DNA of 64,000 bases, from assembly GCF_001194135.2 (NCBI RefSeq), contig NC_069005.1:27336070-27400069 (forward strand), in the 5' to 3' direction. Positions 63,641 to 64,000 of the stretch are shown piece after piece (position 1 is the first letter of the stretch; each line of letters opens with the position of its first letter). This stretch comes from Octopus bimaculoides (Eukaryota). Made by a program: the position numbers and the translations under genes. The notes under the pieces are model-generated. The model was not told the origin of the DNA and ran no database searches. It saw nothing but the letters and a program-made list of their open reading frames with translations.

Positions 63641-63847
63641 CTCGAAAGCACACCGCTGGTGTAGTGAATAGGGAAAGATTGGTTTGCATTGCTTGTAGTT
63701 GTGCATGCTTGTCAAGAGCAGGACTCATTAGCCACCAATGAAGCTGCAAATGCAAAATATAAGTTAGTCCTAGAGCACACAATGTTCCTAAAGGTCAGCA
63801 ATGGTCTTCCTTGGTCACAAGTAGACAGCCATCATCATATATGTGTA

Positions 63848-63882
<35 letters not shown>

Positions 63883-64000
63883 TACATACATATATATATA
63901 TTGAAACCAATGGTAGCCTTAATACGCAAATAAGGAAATTCTATCCACCAATGCAGTGCTGAGCATTCATTCTCATTGTTTAACATTTATATATATGTGT

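Noticed and set aside
62030-64000. Search for a signal-peptide or first exon of the receptor
   Set aside because: No convincing ATG-hydrophobic exon with a phase-1 donor was seen; the region is repeat-derived, so the gene is treated as 5' incomplete.

Overview
Eukaryotic draft scaffold with about 13 N-gaps; its SINE and microsatellite content resembles a coleoid cephalopod such as Octopus (inference). Bases 1-12.2 kb are a CpG-dense tetranucleotide satellite (AACG/TACG) with a ~2.1-kb higher-order unit and an in-contig polarity switch near 6.65 kb; all long ORFs there are spurious. Bases ~13.4-62.0 kb hold the 3' part of one minus-strand gene that the ORF track does not show as a unit and that I assembled by hand from splice sites. 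It has 30 symmetric phase 1-1 exons (29 of 138 nt, one of 144 nt), each an 8-Cys MEGF10/CED-1-type EGF repeat, then a transmembrane exon, a proline-rich exon and a 455-nt exon of 33-bp repeats carrying nine YxxM motifs. The 5' end (signal peptide) is not visible and probably lies beyond 64000. Introns are packed with tRNA-derived SINEs, Tc1/mariner, hAT and piggyBac-like MITEs, Helitron, RTE, R4-like and Penelope fragments, two long foldback elements, and two small elements with Penelope-type minimal hammerhead ribozyme motifs. No database searches were run; family names come from motif recognition.
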